This document shows positions 22,135 to 35,116 of a DNA stretch of 64,000 nucleotides, piece after piece (position 1 is the first letter of the stretch; each line of letters starts with the position of its first letter). The notes under the pieces are model-generated. The model worked only from the letters and a program-made list of their open reading frames with translations. It did not search any database and had not been told where the DNA came from. Both the position numbers and the translations under genes were made by a program. Source of the stretch: Hormiphora californensis (lineage: Eukaryota; Animalia; Ctenophora); NCBI GenBank assembly GCA_020137815.1, contig CM035360.1:5394001-5458000 (forward strand), in the 5' to 3' direction.

Positions 22135-23476
22135 TTATAAAGGGTATTCATTGTCCCTACAAAAGTTAGTTATTCTCTTAAAATCTCGCGGTTTTACATT
22201 ATGTAGTATTAGATAAGGTTCAATTGCATACAGGTTCTCCCACTGCTTCCAATGCCCGTTTGGGATAACAGATAGTCGGGTTGGAGTTACTCCAGTCTCC
22301 TCTACTAGCTTGCTGACGTATAGATCTTCAATCTGTAATGTTGTCAAGGTCTATAATTATGCATGTAAGCTAGCGATAATACACAAGACTGCTTTCAGTC
22401 TCCAACCCAACTCCAGTGTCCCAATAACCCCCTCCCCCTCGGCCCTCTCTCTACACTGCCCCAAGTCCCAACTAACCGCTCCTCAGCCCTCTCTCTACAC
22501 TGCCCAAATACCACTCTCTCTCACCTGAATGATAAAAGGTATTGGTTTCGTAGCATGTGCCGCTAGAACGGCTTTTAGAGTTGGTCGACTTAACACGTAA
22601 CCCGGGCCCGGACACGCTGACTTTGGGAGCTGGATAGGAAGAGTTATTTGCTATTAATAATTGGGATGTCGAATTACTCATGGACGAACTTTTGTAAACA
22701 ATTTCTAGAGAATCCGCCCTATGCCGTACAACTTATATTGAGCGCTGGTTACCTCAAATTCAGGGTGGAGTTCCCAGAAACTAGAAAACTTCGTATCTGC
22801 TCTCTCTATCTGCTTCCGGGTGGCGAACAAATCCACCGAAAAAGGGGCCATTAAAAGAGGCTGTATCATTCACCGCCAAGGCAAGGAGCTGAGTTGTGTT
22901 AACATAAGAATCATCATCTGTCTTCAATATTCCACTTGAGGTGGTACCGTTGAAAATCTCCCTGAAACCCCACATCACCTTATCCGTCAGGTTCTCATAA
23001 CTGTCAGGAAACGGATAAATCAACAGGTCACCAAGTTCATCCTGTTCCTCGTCTATCCCCGGTCCCTCGCCAACTAAGAACACATAATTGAACCGGTCTC
23101 TGGATCGGGAGAGGTAATTGGACCGAACGGCATCCCGCCTATTGCGGTACCCTGGTGCTGACAAGATCATTATCGTGAAAAGACAATACGGGCACTGGCC
23201 AACTTTGTTCGTTTTGTTTAGTAGTTCAGAGGTTTCAGTGACAGTGGACGTTGAATTGGGACTCCGTTCCGACTTAACAGAGATTTTTCGTATTTCTGAT
23301 TTAAAAACTTCCTCCGAATCATCTTGATCTATCGAACCCTCACAAGAATCTCCTGGCGTTTTGGAGTTTGGTCCGTTGAAAGCAACTTGCACGGGGGAGC
23401 AAGAACGAATGAGGAAAGGTATAGAAAAGTTAGCCAAAAAGACAAGAAATAGACCCTGCCAACTGGTCATTCTCAT
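22135..23476 (-). CDS. Beta-1,3-galactosyl/GlcNAc-transferase family (GT31), 3 exons, one apparent frameshift
   Basis: N-terminal hydrophobic anchor, ILSAPGYRNRRDAVR, DSYENLTDK, LKTDDDSYVN, exon 2 ACPGPGYVLS (~22525-22629), exon 3 IEDLYV. The frame shifts in an (AG)n run near 22800, before KFSSFWELHPEFE|GT. Confidence 0.9.
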
Positions 23477-24829
23477 TTTATTTTAGCCAGGGACAACTAA
23501 AAGTTGTAGATGCAAAGAAAATGTATCCAGGGAGAGAGAGTGAGAGAGAGACAGATCGAAAAGGGGTTGGGAGAACTTCGTGTGTGTTTTTGTTGGAAAA
23601 TACAATAGGCACCTCATGAAATAAAACTCATCCAATTATTTTTTCTCCTCCTCGCTCCCCAGCATATTGTAATATGGAAGCTCTATTCGTTTGGGTGGTG
23701 CCACTTGACAAAAAATTATTATTTGGCGACTGTGCCCCATCGCCAAATTGGCGCCAAAAAATGCGAACGAATAGAACCTTTTATCCCCGCATTTGAAATA
23801 GCAAAGAAGAAAGCGGTGTTGAAGTGGGGGAAGGGCAGGATAAATGCTTTGGACGTATGTGAGTTATAGTGGTGGATGTTTTTCATACTGAAGTTCGAAG
23901 TTTCGTGCAAATATGAAATCGAACAACTGTGACTGGGAAATAATTTGCGCTAATTTGTTCACTGATACATACCCCCTATATTTACCCGACCTTCTCTAAG
24001 GACTGAGATAGAGAGAGAAAGAGACGAAAGAATACTATTTGTAGCCGCGAAGGAGATGCCCAGAGATGGATATTATAACACAGGTAACTGGACGAGCTAT
24101 ACTGGGATACAGGGGTAGACGTGAAACGTATTGTTGTCTGACGTCGTAAATACGTCAAACTATAACAGAATACTGAACGGAAACATTGTTATTGCGTCAA
24201 ACCTATCCGATGGACGTAAATAATCGCGTTTTGACGACCGCTTCACATGACGTCCGCGGGAGCATTATTGCTGTATTTATAGGAGAGAGGTGTGTGTGTG
24301 TGTGTAGTAATTGTGGACGCGGTTCAAATGATTTGTTTTGTTTGTGTTTGGATTATACTTGTAAGGGATGATCCTGCTTCACTCGTTTTCTCTTTATCCC
24401 TTTTTCTTTATGATAGATCTTCTCCTTGTCGTTCTACTCGGGCTTCCTTTATCCTAAATACCGTGGGTTACTTTACGGTTAAACTGGGTCTATTTCATAT
24501 GGTTTATATATATGTTCGGATCGTGAGTTAAAATTGGGTCTATTTTATCGTAAGTTACAGCGGTCTATCATCGATCATTAATGAACTATTGACTTCGCTG
24601 TAAAAGTTATGGTCTCTAAAAGACAATAGTATGTACTTTCATTTTTATTTTTAGGTTCATTTTTGATAGTTTATTGCTACTTGTGTGGTCCTGCAGCTAA
24701 GCTTCGTGTTCTGTTCTAGCACATAATAAGTTTTGCCTGCTTTATATAACAGTCTCTATTATTTACAGTTCATTTAATGAATCAAGTGTCTATAGAATGT
24801 GCACATATAATAAATCGCTATTGGCTCTG

Positions 24830-24924
<95 letters not shown>

Positions 24925-26430
24925 ACTTTCTCAATTATTTCTCTGGCGCCGTTCATTGAATCGAGCGAGCACTTGTCTTAATATTTACAAGCTGTATCAT
25001 AATTGGTTAGTGTTGTTGGACAATTTCCTGAACACTTATAGTGATAAGTTAGATCAACAACTAAAGCTAAAACGATAAATTAGTGTTCCTTCAAGGGTAA
25101 AATTCTTGGTACTAGGCCCTCAAGAATTCAAAGGAATTTGGCACGAGCAGAAGCCTTGCGAAGGAAGCAAGGAGGTTGGGTTGGAAAACGAGAGAAAAAG
25201 GGAGAGAAATATGAACATAAAGAGAGAGGGAGAGAGAGTGATAGAGAAAGGGAAAGAATTTGAAAAAGTAGAGGGAATGAAAGAGTTAAAACGTGGTACC
25301 GAAAACTAGTTATATTCCCATTGCTTCTTGTCAACAGGTCTCGCACAATTACATCTTCCCCAGTATCTAGCATATTCGACTGAAAATAACACATGTTTCA
25401 GTTTAGTTTGCTTTTTTGTAAAGTTTCAGACCTGCTTAGCTCCTCCTGCTTAGATTTGTTTTGTACAAACCCATTTTATTTTATCCTATTCGTCGCGCAA
25501 AAGGGGGTCTAGCTCCTCCTGCTTAGCTAGATAATGAACTTAATAAGTCGGTTCCTGGAACTTATTGTATGAGATTCTGCTGGCTATTCAAGTTGGTAAA
25601 ACTGCTGTGTTTTGTCTCAATGTTGACAAAGTCGTATAGTAGCAGTGTGATTAATCAGTATACATTAATCAGTAATCACTCATTGCAATATTGCTATACC
25701 CTCCCTCTCTCCTATCTATGTATCTCTCTTTCTCTTACGTTCTTTCTCTCTCTCTTACTCTCTCTACCTCTAACTCCGAAGGAGATGAAGTGATCTGAGG
25801 CTCAGAGAAAACCCAAGTCGCCGTTGTTGAGAGATTGGCCCAATTCAAGCTTTGCGTCAGTTATACTCACACATCGCGGTTCTAATTACATTCCAGCCTT
25901 CCTCATTCATTGGATGATCTTAAGCTCCTAATTATGCAATCATTAGAATATTCAGAATTTGCATTATCTTAAAAACCGCCGCTAATTTTATCCTATACTG
26001 ATCAGTTCTCTTGATTTTTAATGGCTCGATGAGCGGCGGGCACAATCTGAATCGACCACAGCTTTTCACTGCCTCCTATTATATAGTCGCTATAGAGCTG
26101 CACCGTTTATATTATACCGCACTCTCCCTCCCTCTCCTTCCTGAAGGACCCTGCTGCTATTTGTAGAGTGCAAAGTTGTTAGTCCCCAGCTCGACAGAAA
26201 GGAGCTGTGCACGTGGCAGAATATTTCTGGACAAACATTTATATCGCTGTATATAATAGGTATAAACACGTTGTGTTGCATGTTGCATGCGTGTATGGGC
26301 GTGTATAGCACAATATTTGAAAGAAAATATCAGATTTTAAGCACAAAATTTGAGAATAACAGATATAAAGCACAAAATTTGAATGAAAAATAGCACAATA
26401 TTGACACTGACAGCATAACGCACCGAAATG

Positions 26431-26589
26431 TCAAAATGGGGCATCAAACGAGGAGTCCTCAAATTTCAATGGTGCAATCCTCGAGTCTTGGTGTTGGGAA
26501 GTAAGTCGTAGTCTTCGAAATACACAATACATTATCACTGTACCCAGGAACATTCCAGTCATGATTAAACCGAACACTGTCACTTCCAT
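26431..26589 (-). CDS. Putative 52-aa single-pass membrane microprotein
   Basis: AAAATGG start context; VFGLIMTGMFLGTVIMYCVF hydrophobic segment followed by RRLR (positive-inside rule). Confidence 0.4.
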   Translation of the reverse strand: MEVTVFGLIMTGMFLGTVIMYCVFRRLRLTSQHQDSRIAPLKFEDSSFDAPF

Positions 26590-27508
26590 TTTATCAGTCA
26601 CAGTGTGCAAGTCTTTCGTTTCAAATCTGCTGTTCTTGTTGGTTCTAAGTTCTTGTTGAAAATCGTATTTCTGGTTGAACGGACACAGTGTCAGGCGACT
26701 CAAATTTCCGGGCAGTTGTCAACAGAGGTCAGGATCAGAGACTCAAGAGTAGTAGAAGAAGAAGACTCAAGTTACGGGGTAAATCTAGTTTGTGTGATTT
26801 GGTCACCAAAAGGAACACCAGAGTAGAGCAGCTGGTGCGTGTTGCTGTTTCTTGAAGGGAAGGTGAGACTTACTCAACAAAAGGTGAGACATGGAGATAG
26901 AGAGAGAGGGTAGAGTACAGTGAGAACTGAGACTACAGGGAGAGGGCTAGTGAGAGATAGAGGGATATATATGATCTATTATATTTTTTGCTGTTTTCTG
27001 AATAAAAGCCGAATGTGTGTCCGATAGCATGAAAGGCCGTCGTATCGAAGTCGGGGGAAGGAGTAAGAAGAGATGTTCACATAAAATTTATTTGTCCGAC
27101 AAAGAGTTGGATAAAGAGTCAGATAGAAATAATGTGGAAGTATCATACAGATCATTAGGCTACTTCTATTTTCCCGGGGTACTTAGCCGACAAAATATAT
27201 GATCAATTCGAGATCTCATATTACCTGAATTACTCCCTTCTTCTGCTGCTCTTGTGTGTGTTTGTGAATGGTGATGCTCGACCCGGACCACGCCACCATT
27301 ATATTATCCATGTTGATATAATTGCTTACTAGGCTTACAATCTCGATAGCCCCCCACCCTGTTGGGCCCGCGTGTTTTTGCAGTTTGTATGCAGTTTGTT
27401 CATATCATGATTGGTAAATTGTAATCTAGCGATTACTCCTTTCAGAGCCATCCGTCGTCATGGCCCCCAACATTGCGGAACAGCTGAGAAAGGCGGTAGG
27501 TGCAATGC

Positions 27509-27600
<92 letters not shown>

Positions 27601-28164
27601 TGGGTGCCTGATATATTCTGACTAAGAGCAACACGATCTTTGATTAGAATTGTGACGTAACGTGTTGATGCATGCCTTGCCAGTTTTTTTCTTATCTAAC
27701 TCTGTCAACTCAGTTCATTACATCTGAGAGCGTGATGGCATGATACAGTTGTGATCATCCATATTCTTTGTCGTCTTTTCTTTATTCAATATTTTCATTC
27801 CATACTATTGTGTTTGTCTTTATTCTCTTCTCACCTCTCTTATTTTACACATTTCTAACTTTTTCTTGTCTCTTGATATTTCGCATGTTCTCAGTGAATT
27901 TACCTGTCACTTGTGATGACCACAAATCTCCCTCCCTCTCTCACTCACACAGTCTCCTCTCAGCTCTTCCAGATCTCTCTTTCTCGAGATCTGTCTCTTT
28001 ATATTCATCTTTCAGTTATGTCTCTCCTTCCTCTCTCTCTCTCTCTCGCCTCACACACACAGTCTCTAATCAGCGACATCTGAATCTCATTTCCCCGTCG
28101 CCTTCCTCGTGAGCCAATCGTAAGAGATCGTGCCAATTTTACTGACCTAGATTGGCCGGCAACC

Positions 28165-28307
<143 letters not shown>

Positions 28308-28629
28308 AGAGAGGGGAGAGAGAGAGAGGGGGAGAGAGAGAGAAATAGGTAGAATGAAAGATTGATAGAGAAAGGATGCTCTTTTGTTCTCTCCTTTATA
28401 ATATTTCTTACTAAATCAGTACAATTACAGCCCACCAGGTATCAGACTGCGATCGTTCTGTTTCACTTTCACCCAATTTCATTTTTGCAGTGTGCCAGTT
28501 AAATTCAGATCAGATTAGCTCGCTCTATGTTTCCAATGCCTGCAGTGCCTAGGCTGTCTTAGCTTTAGTAGGCATCTTTCTCACCTTAAATCTATCATTC
28601 TCTCCCTCCTGTCTTTGCCTTCTACACTA

Positions 28630-28665
<36 letters not shown>

Positions 28666-31554
28666 GCCAGCCTACTTCACTCTCACTCTCTTTTTCTCCC
28701 TCTAGCCGGTCTCTTTAGCTCCCCTAGCTCTGTAAGGTGTAAGGTGGGCTCTAATGGACTTCTCATATGCATACCTGTACACACACCAACACACACACCC
28801 TGGATTCTTTTGGTATCTTAGAAAGAGAGAGATAGAGAGAGAGATAGATAGATAGATAGATAGAGAGATAGGAAGTTAGAGAGAAAGTTGTCTTCCCTCA
28901 ACACGTCTATTCTGAACGTCATGTTTGTCTGTAAAACTCTCTCTGCTGCTGTGCAATTTGTATAATATATATGTCAGCGTTGCGTGTTGCTAGCTGCTCG
29001 TCCTTGTACTAATTCTCTGCTTCAAATTCTTGTCCAACATTTCTCGTTTGTAATTTTGTTGCAGAATTATCAACCAGATATCTGATATACTGATAAACAC
29101 CTAGTACAGGGTGTTTTAACAATGACTTTTTACCCTATATAGATCCGTATAGTTTGTGTAGTTTAATTGTCAAACTATCATTTCGCGTCTAAAAAGACAC
29201 ACAGTCTATCCCTCCCTTAAATTTCTATCTCTGTATCATTTTCTCTCCCTTTCCTTCCTTCCACAAATCTCTCCTTTTCTCTCCCTACAAAATACAAGTC
29301 TTGCGGTAAATTGCATTTACCAGTACTGCCGTGAAGTGCCTGAATCTGCACACTGTTGCACACGGAATACGACCAGAACCTACCTTCGCTGTAGGCCTTG
29401 TTCTCCGGTCGGGTGGTCAAGCGGGGCCGGCTATTATGCAGAACTGCATTATATAGTGTGTAGCAACTTGAACATGTGCCCCCCCCCCCTTGTAGTGACG
29501 CAGTACCAGCATCACCAAACGTGCCCCCTTCTCAAGATAGCTGGCCCTTGTATTGTTCATGTCCCCTTCTCAAGATAGCTGGCCCCCTTCTCTCAAGATA
29601 GGGGGTCTTGTACAGGGTAGACTGAAATTACTTTACCATGACGGATCTCTATAACATATATCAGCTACACAGGTCTCTGGTCTGACTATAGACAGGGATA
29701 GATTGAGGAATCATCTTGATTTGAATTATTTATGTGATCTTATTATAATCCATGATTTAGATCTTTGTTTCGCCGAACAAAAGAAGTACATGCTGATCCA
29801 GTGTGGGGGTTTATTGTGTGATTGCTAATAGTTCCAATCTTTCTTCGCTCTTTTCTTTTCTATCTATTTTCTATCTCTGTCTCTCGCTGTCTTTCTGTTT
29901 CTCTCTCTGTCACCCACTATCTCTCTCTCCCTCCTCTCTCTCTATCTATCTTTATCATGAATCTCTCCTCATGCACACCGAGGGTCCTACAACAAGATGC
30001 CTCTGTTGTTGGCACGAGTGTGTATGTGTGGCGGTTGTAATCAAATCTGCTTAAGGTGTGATAATTGATACAAGCAGAGAGAGAGAGAAAGGGAGAGAGA
30101 GAGAGAGGGGGAAAGAGAGAGAGAGAGATAGATAGATAGAGAGTGAGTGAGAGCGATATAGTTACACCTTAGTTCCTTGTGCATTGCACCCAGTTTGCTA
30201 TCATCTACATACTTTGAAATTTTACTGCTATCAGAACTCCATGTCTTGGTTAGCGTTTCGTTGTTTCTTAATTCCAATGATATATTCTCCTGTTAATCAT
30301 ATGCCTGTATCTCATTAGTATTGCCCGAATATCCTAGATAAGTGACACGTGGTACCTGCCTCCTGTCAACTGTATGCCAAAAGTTACCAGTTCGAAAATG
30401 TAATAAACACTTCGTGCCAATACCCCTTTTTTACTGTGTATCATTCTCACTTTCTTCTCGTCGGCAAAATATAGTTAAAACCTTCCACGTTAAATTTTAG
30501 GAGTTTTAGGGACAATATGGTCATTTAGGAATATTTGAATTCAAGTTTCTTACAAATTTTTTGAACTTGTCCTAAATGCAAGATGCATTTATTTTCAAGC
30601 AATTCGAATGAAGCGTTAACCCAGTTTTGGAATAAATAAAATCACGCTGTAATTTCTTAATTTCTCGCTAGCCTTGCTCTGGTGTACTATATTTTTATTC
30701 CTTTTTTCAGTCAGCATTTAATTGACATTTCATTGTATTTTCATTCTTTGAATATCTCTTGTCTATCTTCTTGGTGAAATTTTAGTTTTTTGTCTATCCA
30801 GTTTACTCCTAGTCTTTATTATACCAAACTATTCTTTTCCCTCCTTTTCCCCCCCTCTAATCTTTATTCCATTTTGGTCATCAAGGTATCAAACACACAG
30901 CTGCTGCTCTCTCAGGTCAGGTTTGAGCTATACCATTTATACGTCGAGGAACTGCTCCTATTATTTCTCTTCTAATCATCAGTCGGTCCTCCTCATCCCT
31001 AATTATCTCTCTCTTCCATCCATTCTCCCACACTGTCTCTTTATCTCACTCTCTTTCTCCTTCTCCTTCTCCTTCTCTCTCTTAGATCCAGTCTTCTTAC
31101 CACACACATAGCCCTCCCTTTCTATCTCTTTCTTTCTGTCTCTCTTTCTGTATATATGCTCACTTCAACATGTGTTTGTATTGTTTCGAATCTAGTTTCA
31201 TATTCATAATCATCACACAATCATCACTGCGCTAGAAAGCACAAAAAAGTAGGGCCCTTTCGATTCCTCCTCTAATACAATTGGTCACATTTAGATTCCC
31301 ACGGTCCATGTCGGTTCATGATCTCTAAGTATTATAAGTCTTTCGAAATGTCGGTGAAAGAGAAATGATCTAAGAAGAGTGAGAAGTTTCTGAGAGATCT
31401 TGGAGCACATGTGTAGTAGGTGATGTATGAATAATTCAGGGCTTTACATCTTGACCTTGCTGGCTTTTTTTCTCAACTTTAGCTTCCTTTCCTAATAGTC
31501 ACAAAAATGCCGTTTTTGTATAACTTAAATCGTATACTATAATGTACAATTATA

Positions 31555-32903
31555 GGCCAGTCATATGACGTCGATTTATCGCTGAAAAAGGAAGTAATTG
31601 ATCTAAAAGCGATTCCACTTCCAGGGCCCTCCAATGGGTCTCTACAACCACCAAAAAAATTTACCGCGGGTACCGCGATGGAGAAATCGGTCATTTCCGG
31701 GTTTATTTTGCACCTGCATAAATATAGGCTAGGACGAATGCGATATACGGTAAAAACCGTCTTTGGAAACAAGTAGAAAAGAAATCAAGGGCACTAAAGT
31801 GTGTAGCGTCCTCGCATTAGTGGGGGTAGGTGCTGGAATTAAGTCTCTATCTTATCAGGTTAATTAGATAATTGGATAATTAGATGCGCACATAGCCGTT
31901 TTATGGTTATACGGTAAAAACCATCTTTGGAATGGAGTAGAGAAAAAACCGAGGGTACTAGAGTGATCAGCGTCCTCGAATTAGTGGGGGTAGGTACCAA
32001 AATTAAGTTCCTATCTCATCGCGTTATTTAGATAATTGGATAATTAGGTATGCGCATAACCGTTTTTAGGTTACATGGCTATAGCCACTTAGGAATGGTT
32101 TAGAGACTTTTCATTGGTGCCATTTTGTAGGCAATAGCCAAGTTATTGGGGGTCGACGTCGGACTTTTAAGCTCTATATTCAACCGTTTAGCCGTCATTT
32201 GGCTTTAAAGGTGCTCAAAGTGAGCAAAAATGCGGTAAAAAGACCGATTTTGAGCACCTTTAAAGCCATATAACGGCTAAATGGTTGAATATAGAGCTTA
32301 AAAGTCCGACGTCGACCCCCAATAACTTGGCTATTGCCTACAAAATGGCACCAATGAAAAGTCTCTAAACCATTCCTAAGTGGCTATAGCCATGTAACCT
32401 AAAAACGGTTATGCGCATACCTAATTATCCAATTATCTAATTAACGCGATGAGATAGGAACTTAATTTTGGTACCTACCCCCACTAATTCGAGGACGCTG
32501 ATCACTCTAGTACCCTCGGTTTTTTCTCTACTCCATTCCAAAGATGGTTTTTACCGTATAACCATAAAACGGCTATGTGCGCATCTAATTATCCAATTAT
32601 CTAATTAACCTGATAAGATAGAGACTTAATTCCAGCACCTACCCCCACTAATGCAAGGACGCTACACACTTTAGTGCCCTTGATTTCTTTTCTACTTGTT
32701 TCCAAAGACGGTTTTTACCGTATATCGCATTCGTCCTAGCCTATATTTATGCAGGTGCAAAATAAACCCGGAAATGACCGATTTCTCCATCGCGGTACCC
32801 GCGGTAAATTTTTTTGGTGGTTGTAGAGACCCATTGGAGGGCCCTGGAAGTGGAATCGCTTTTAGATCAATTAGTTCCATTTCACAACGTCATATGACTG
32901 GCC
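31555..32903. mobile_element. 1.35-kb foldback palindromic element, same core family as 10832-11821, with an internally duplicated ~165-bp module in each arm
   Basis: TA|GGCCAGTCATATGACGT...ACGTCATATGACTGGCC|TA; arms near-exact; the loop is the reverse complement of the loop at ~11320. Confidence 0.93.
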
Positions 32904-32928
32904 TATTAATCAATGTTCTAACATAAAC

Positions 32929-35116
32929 TCAATACAAATAACTAGCGGAATCTATGAACTCAAAACTAGGAAGTGTTTCATTAACAACACCTGTGTTACC
33001 AACAGGATAGTACTGGACTCCTTTGGTGCACATATTTGTTGTTCTATCAAAGTGAGGTGTTATACCGCACTGGACGGAGTAGCTGATGTTATAGTTCTCA
33101 AAAAATCTTGTCATGTATTTTCTTACCAGTTTACTCTTGTTTAAGTGAGCGTCTTTTGGATACGGTGTTACTTGGTTCGCCACCTAAATGAAAATATAAT
33201 GCTTTACTCTGGGGAAGGGTATTTGCACGGCAAATATAGTCCGGTAAATCGAGTCCGGTAAATCGAGGTTTGACTGCAGTAAATATTTTATGTACAACAT
33301 AGTACCGGTTTTTGAAAGAAAAATAAACCAAAGAATTTACCGTGAAAGTTTTGAGAAACAGAACTTTGAGTCGGTATCTGATGAGACGAACAAAGAACTC
33401 CTCATGCTCGTTATATCTCTGGAAAGGATCCCACCCTCCCATCAACTTTACATCTCCAGTTCGTGCCAGGAAGAAGTTGATAACCCGATGAACCTGGATC
33501 GCTCCTCCTGTATCTGAAATCACCGGATGTATGGAAATACTAAACCGAACTAATTTCCGCATCATGGCCATGATCTATCCGAAACTTTTTGATATTTAGC
33601 TATCATAGATATAATATAGTCCACTTACAATTTCCAGTCGTCGTCTTTTGAAAATCGGTACAATTATAATTATCATTAAAAACAGCGTGAGTAATCAAAG
33701 ACAAAACACGTCCCTGTAAAATGTTTCAATTTGATTAATGTATGTGACGCAATGAAAACCATTCTGTGTACACTACTATCACGATAATATCAAGATCTGT
33801 TTAGTAACTTTATATGCCACAGATCCCTTCACGATGTTGGTTTGCCTACCTCGACGTTGTACCTAAAGACACCATAGAAAGGTGGCTCGTTGGTCAATGC
33901 TCCTCCGACCATAGCTGCATCCGTAGTTTCAAGTAAATCAAGTACTTCACTAATCTGGAAAGGTAATAGGTATTATATCTCATAGTGTTTCGGCATTGGA
34001 AGACTGAAGTATAATATATGGAGTCCGAGACTTGCTAGTTGCTTGAATTATACATAATACATATAATCTTTTTATTCTAAAAATCCGGAGCACGGACACA
34101 GTGTCAAGCGACTTAACTAGTTATTAGTTGGTTGACATACATTGTTATGCGCCCACCCGAAATCATCATCAAGCTGTAAGAAGTACGGAGTCTTAACGTA
34201 AGAGAGAGCCAAGTTCCTTCCTCTGCCGATCCCCAGCCAATCTTTAGAATCATTAAATCTCACAATTTTAAACTCAACGTTCTTCCGGTGCCTTATTTTG
34301 CTCACAAATGGTCCGTAGAATTCCTTATTCTCTGTAACAAGTCTTAAGGTTAAGGATCACCTACGACATTCAAGCAGAGTTCAAGAGTTCGAGAGTTCAA
34401 GGGTTCAAGAATTCAAGAGTTCGAGATATCGAGAGAGAGAGATCGACCAATTGTTACCTGGAAGGAAATCAGCAACAACAATAAACTTCATATCTTTGTA
34501 AGGTGATTCATCAATTTCCTTAAACTGTCTTTCCACTGCATTAAACCTCCCGCGAGTGTTGATAATACCCGTCACACATTTAGACACATCTCCGCACTTT
34601 CTAAAATAATGGGCGATTGAAAAATGAGAAAACTTTTTATCTGGACTAGCTGGTAGCATGCATGGTTCAATATGAAGATGGGGAAACGTTGCACTTACTT
34701 AAATCGCACAACATCAACAACAGGCAGCGGCATTGCGTTTAGTACTTTTCCAAGTTCTTCCCCTTCAATATAGAGCGGATCGGCTTCAACAAAGAAGTCC
34801 CCGTCGTGACGAGGTTCCTCCTGAATAAAAGTTTTAAAAAATCGTACAATGGTTTGATTTGATCAAATCAATAAAATGGTTAACTTCATAAAACTCATGA
34901 TCTAGCTAAACAACTACTTACTGCAGTGTAGATTCGCTATTGTCAACTTACTGGTTCAGTGGCGTCTGTATCCTCATCTGCAGCAGTTCCGTTGGGTAAA
35001 CTGGATATCAGAACAATGGAGAAAGAAGTTGTCTTGTGGGCCATCATGAAGATCCATATCCCGACGAAAATGCTCAAAAGTGCAATACGAGAGTGTTTTT
35101 TAGAATGGTCTACCAT
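32929..35116 (-). CDS. Beta-1,4-N-acetylgalactosaminyltransferase 1/2-like (GT12, GT-A fold), type II membrane, ~7 exons
   Basis: TM IALLSIFVGIWIFMM; IVVAD; GIGRGRNLALSYVKTPYFLQLDDDF; LLETTDAAMVGG; VINFFLART..GGWDP..EHEEFF. Confidence 0.82.

Noticed and set aside
30165-30290. Possible isolated minus-strand exon
   Set aside because: No partner exons or homology recognised.
31479-32926. Two mirror ORFs MFPKTVFTVYRIRPSL
   Set aside because: Consequence of the palindromic arms; no transposase motifs.
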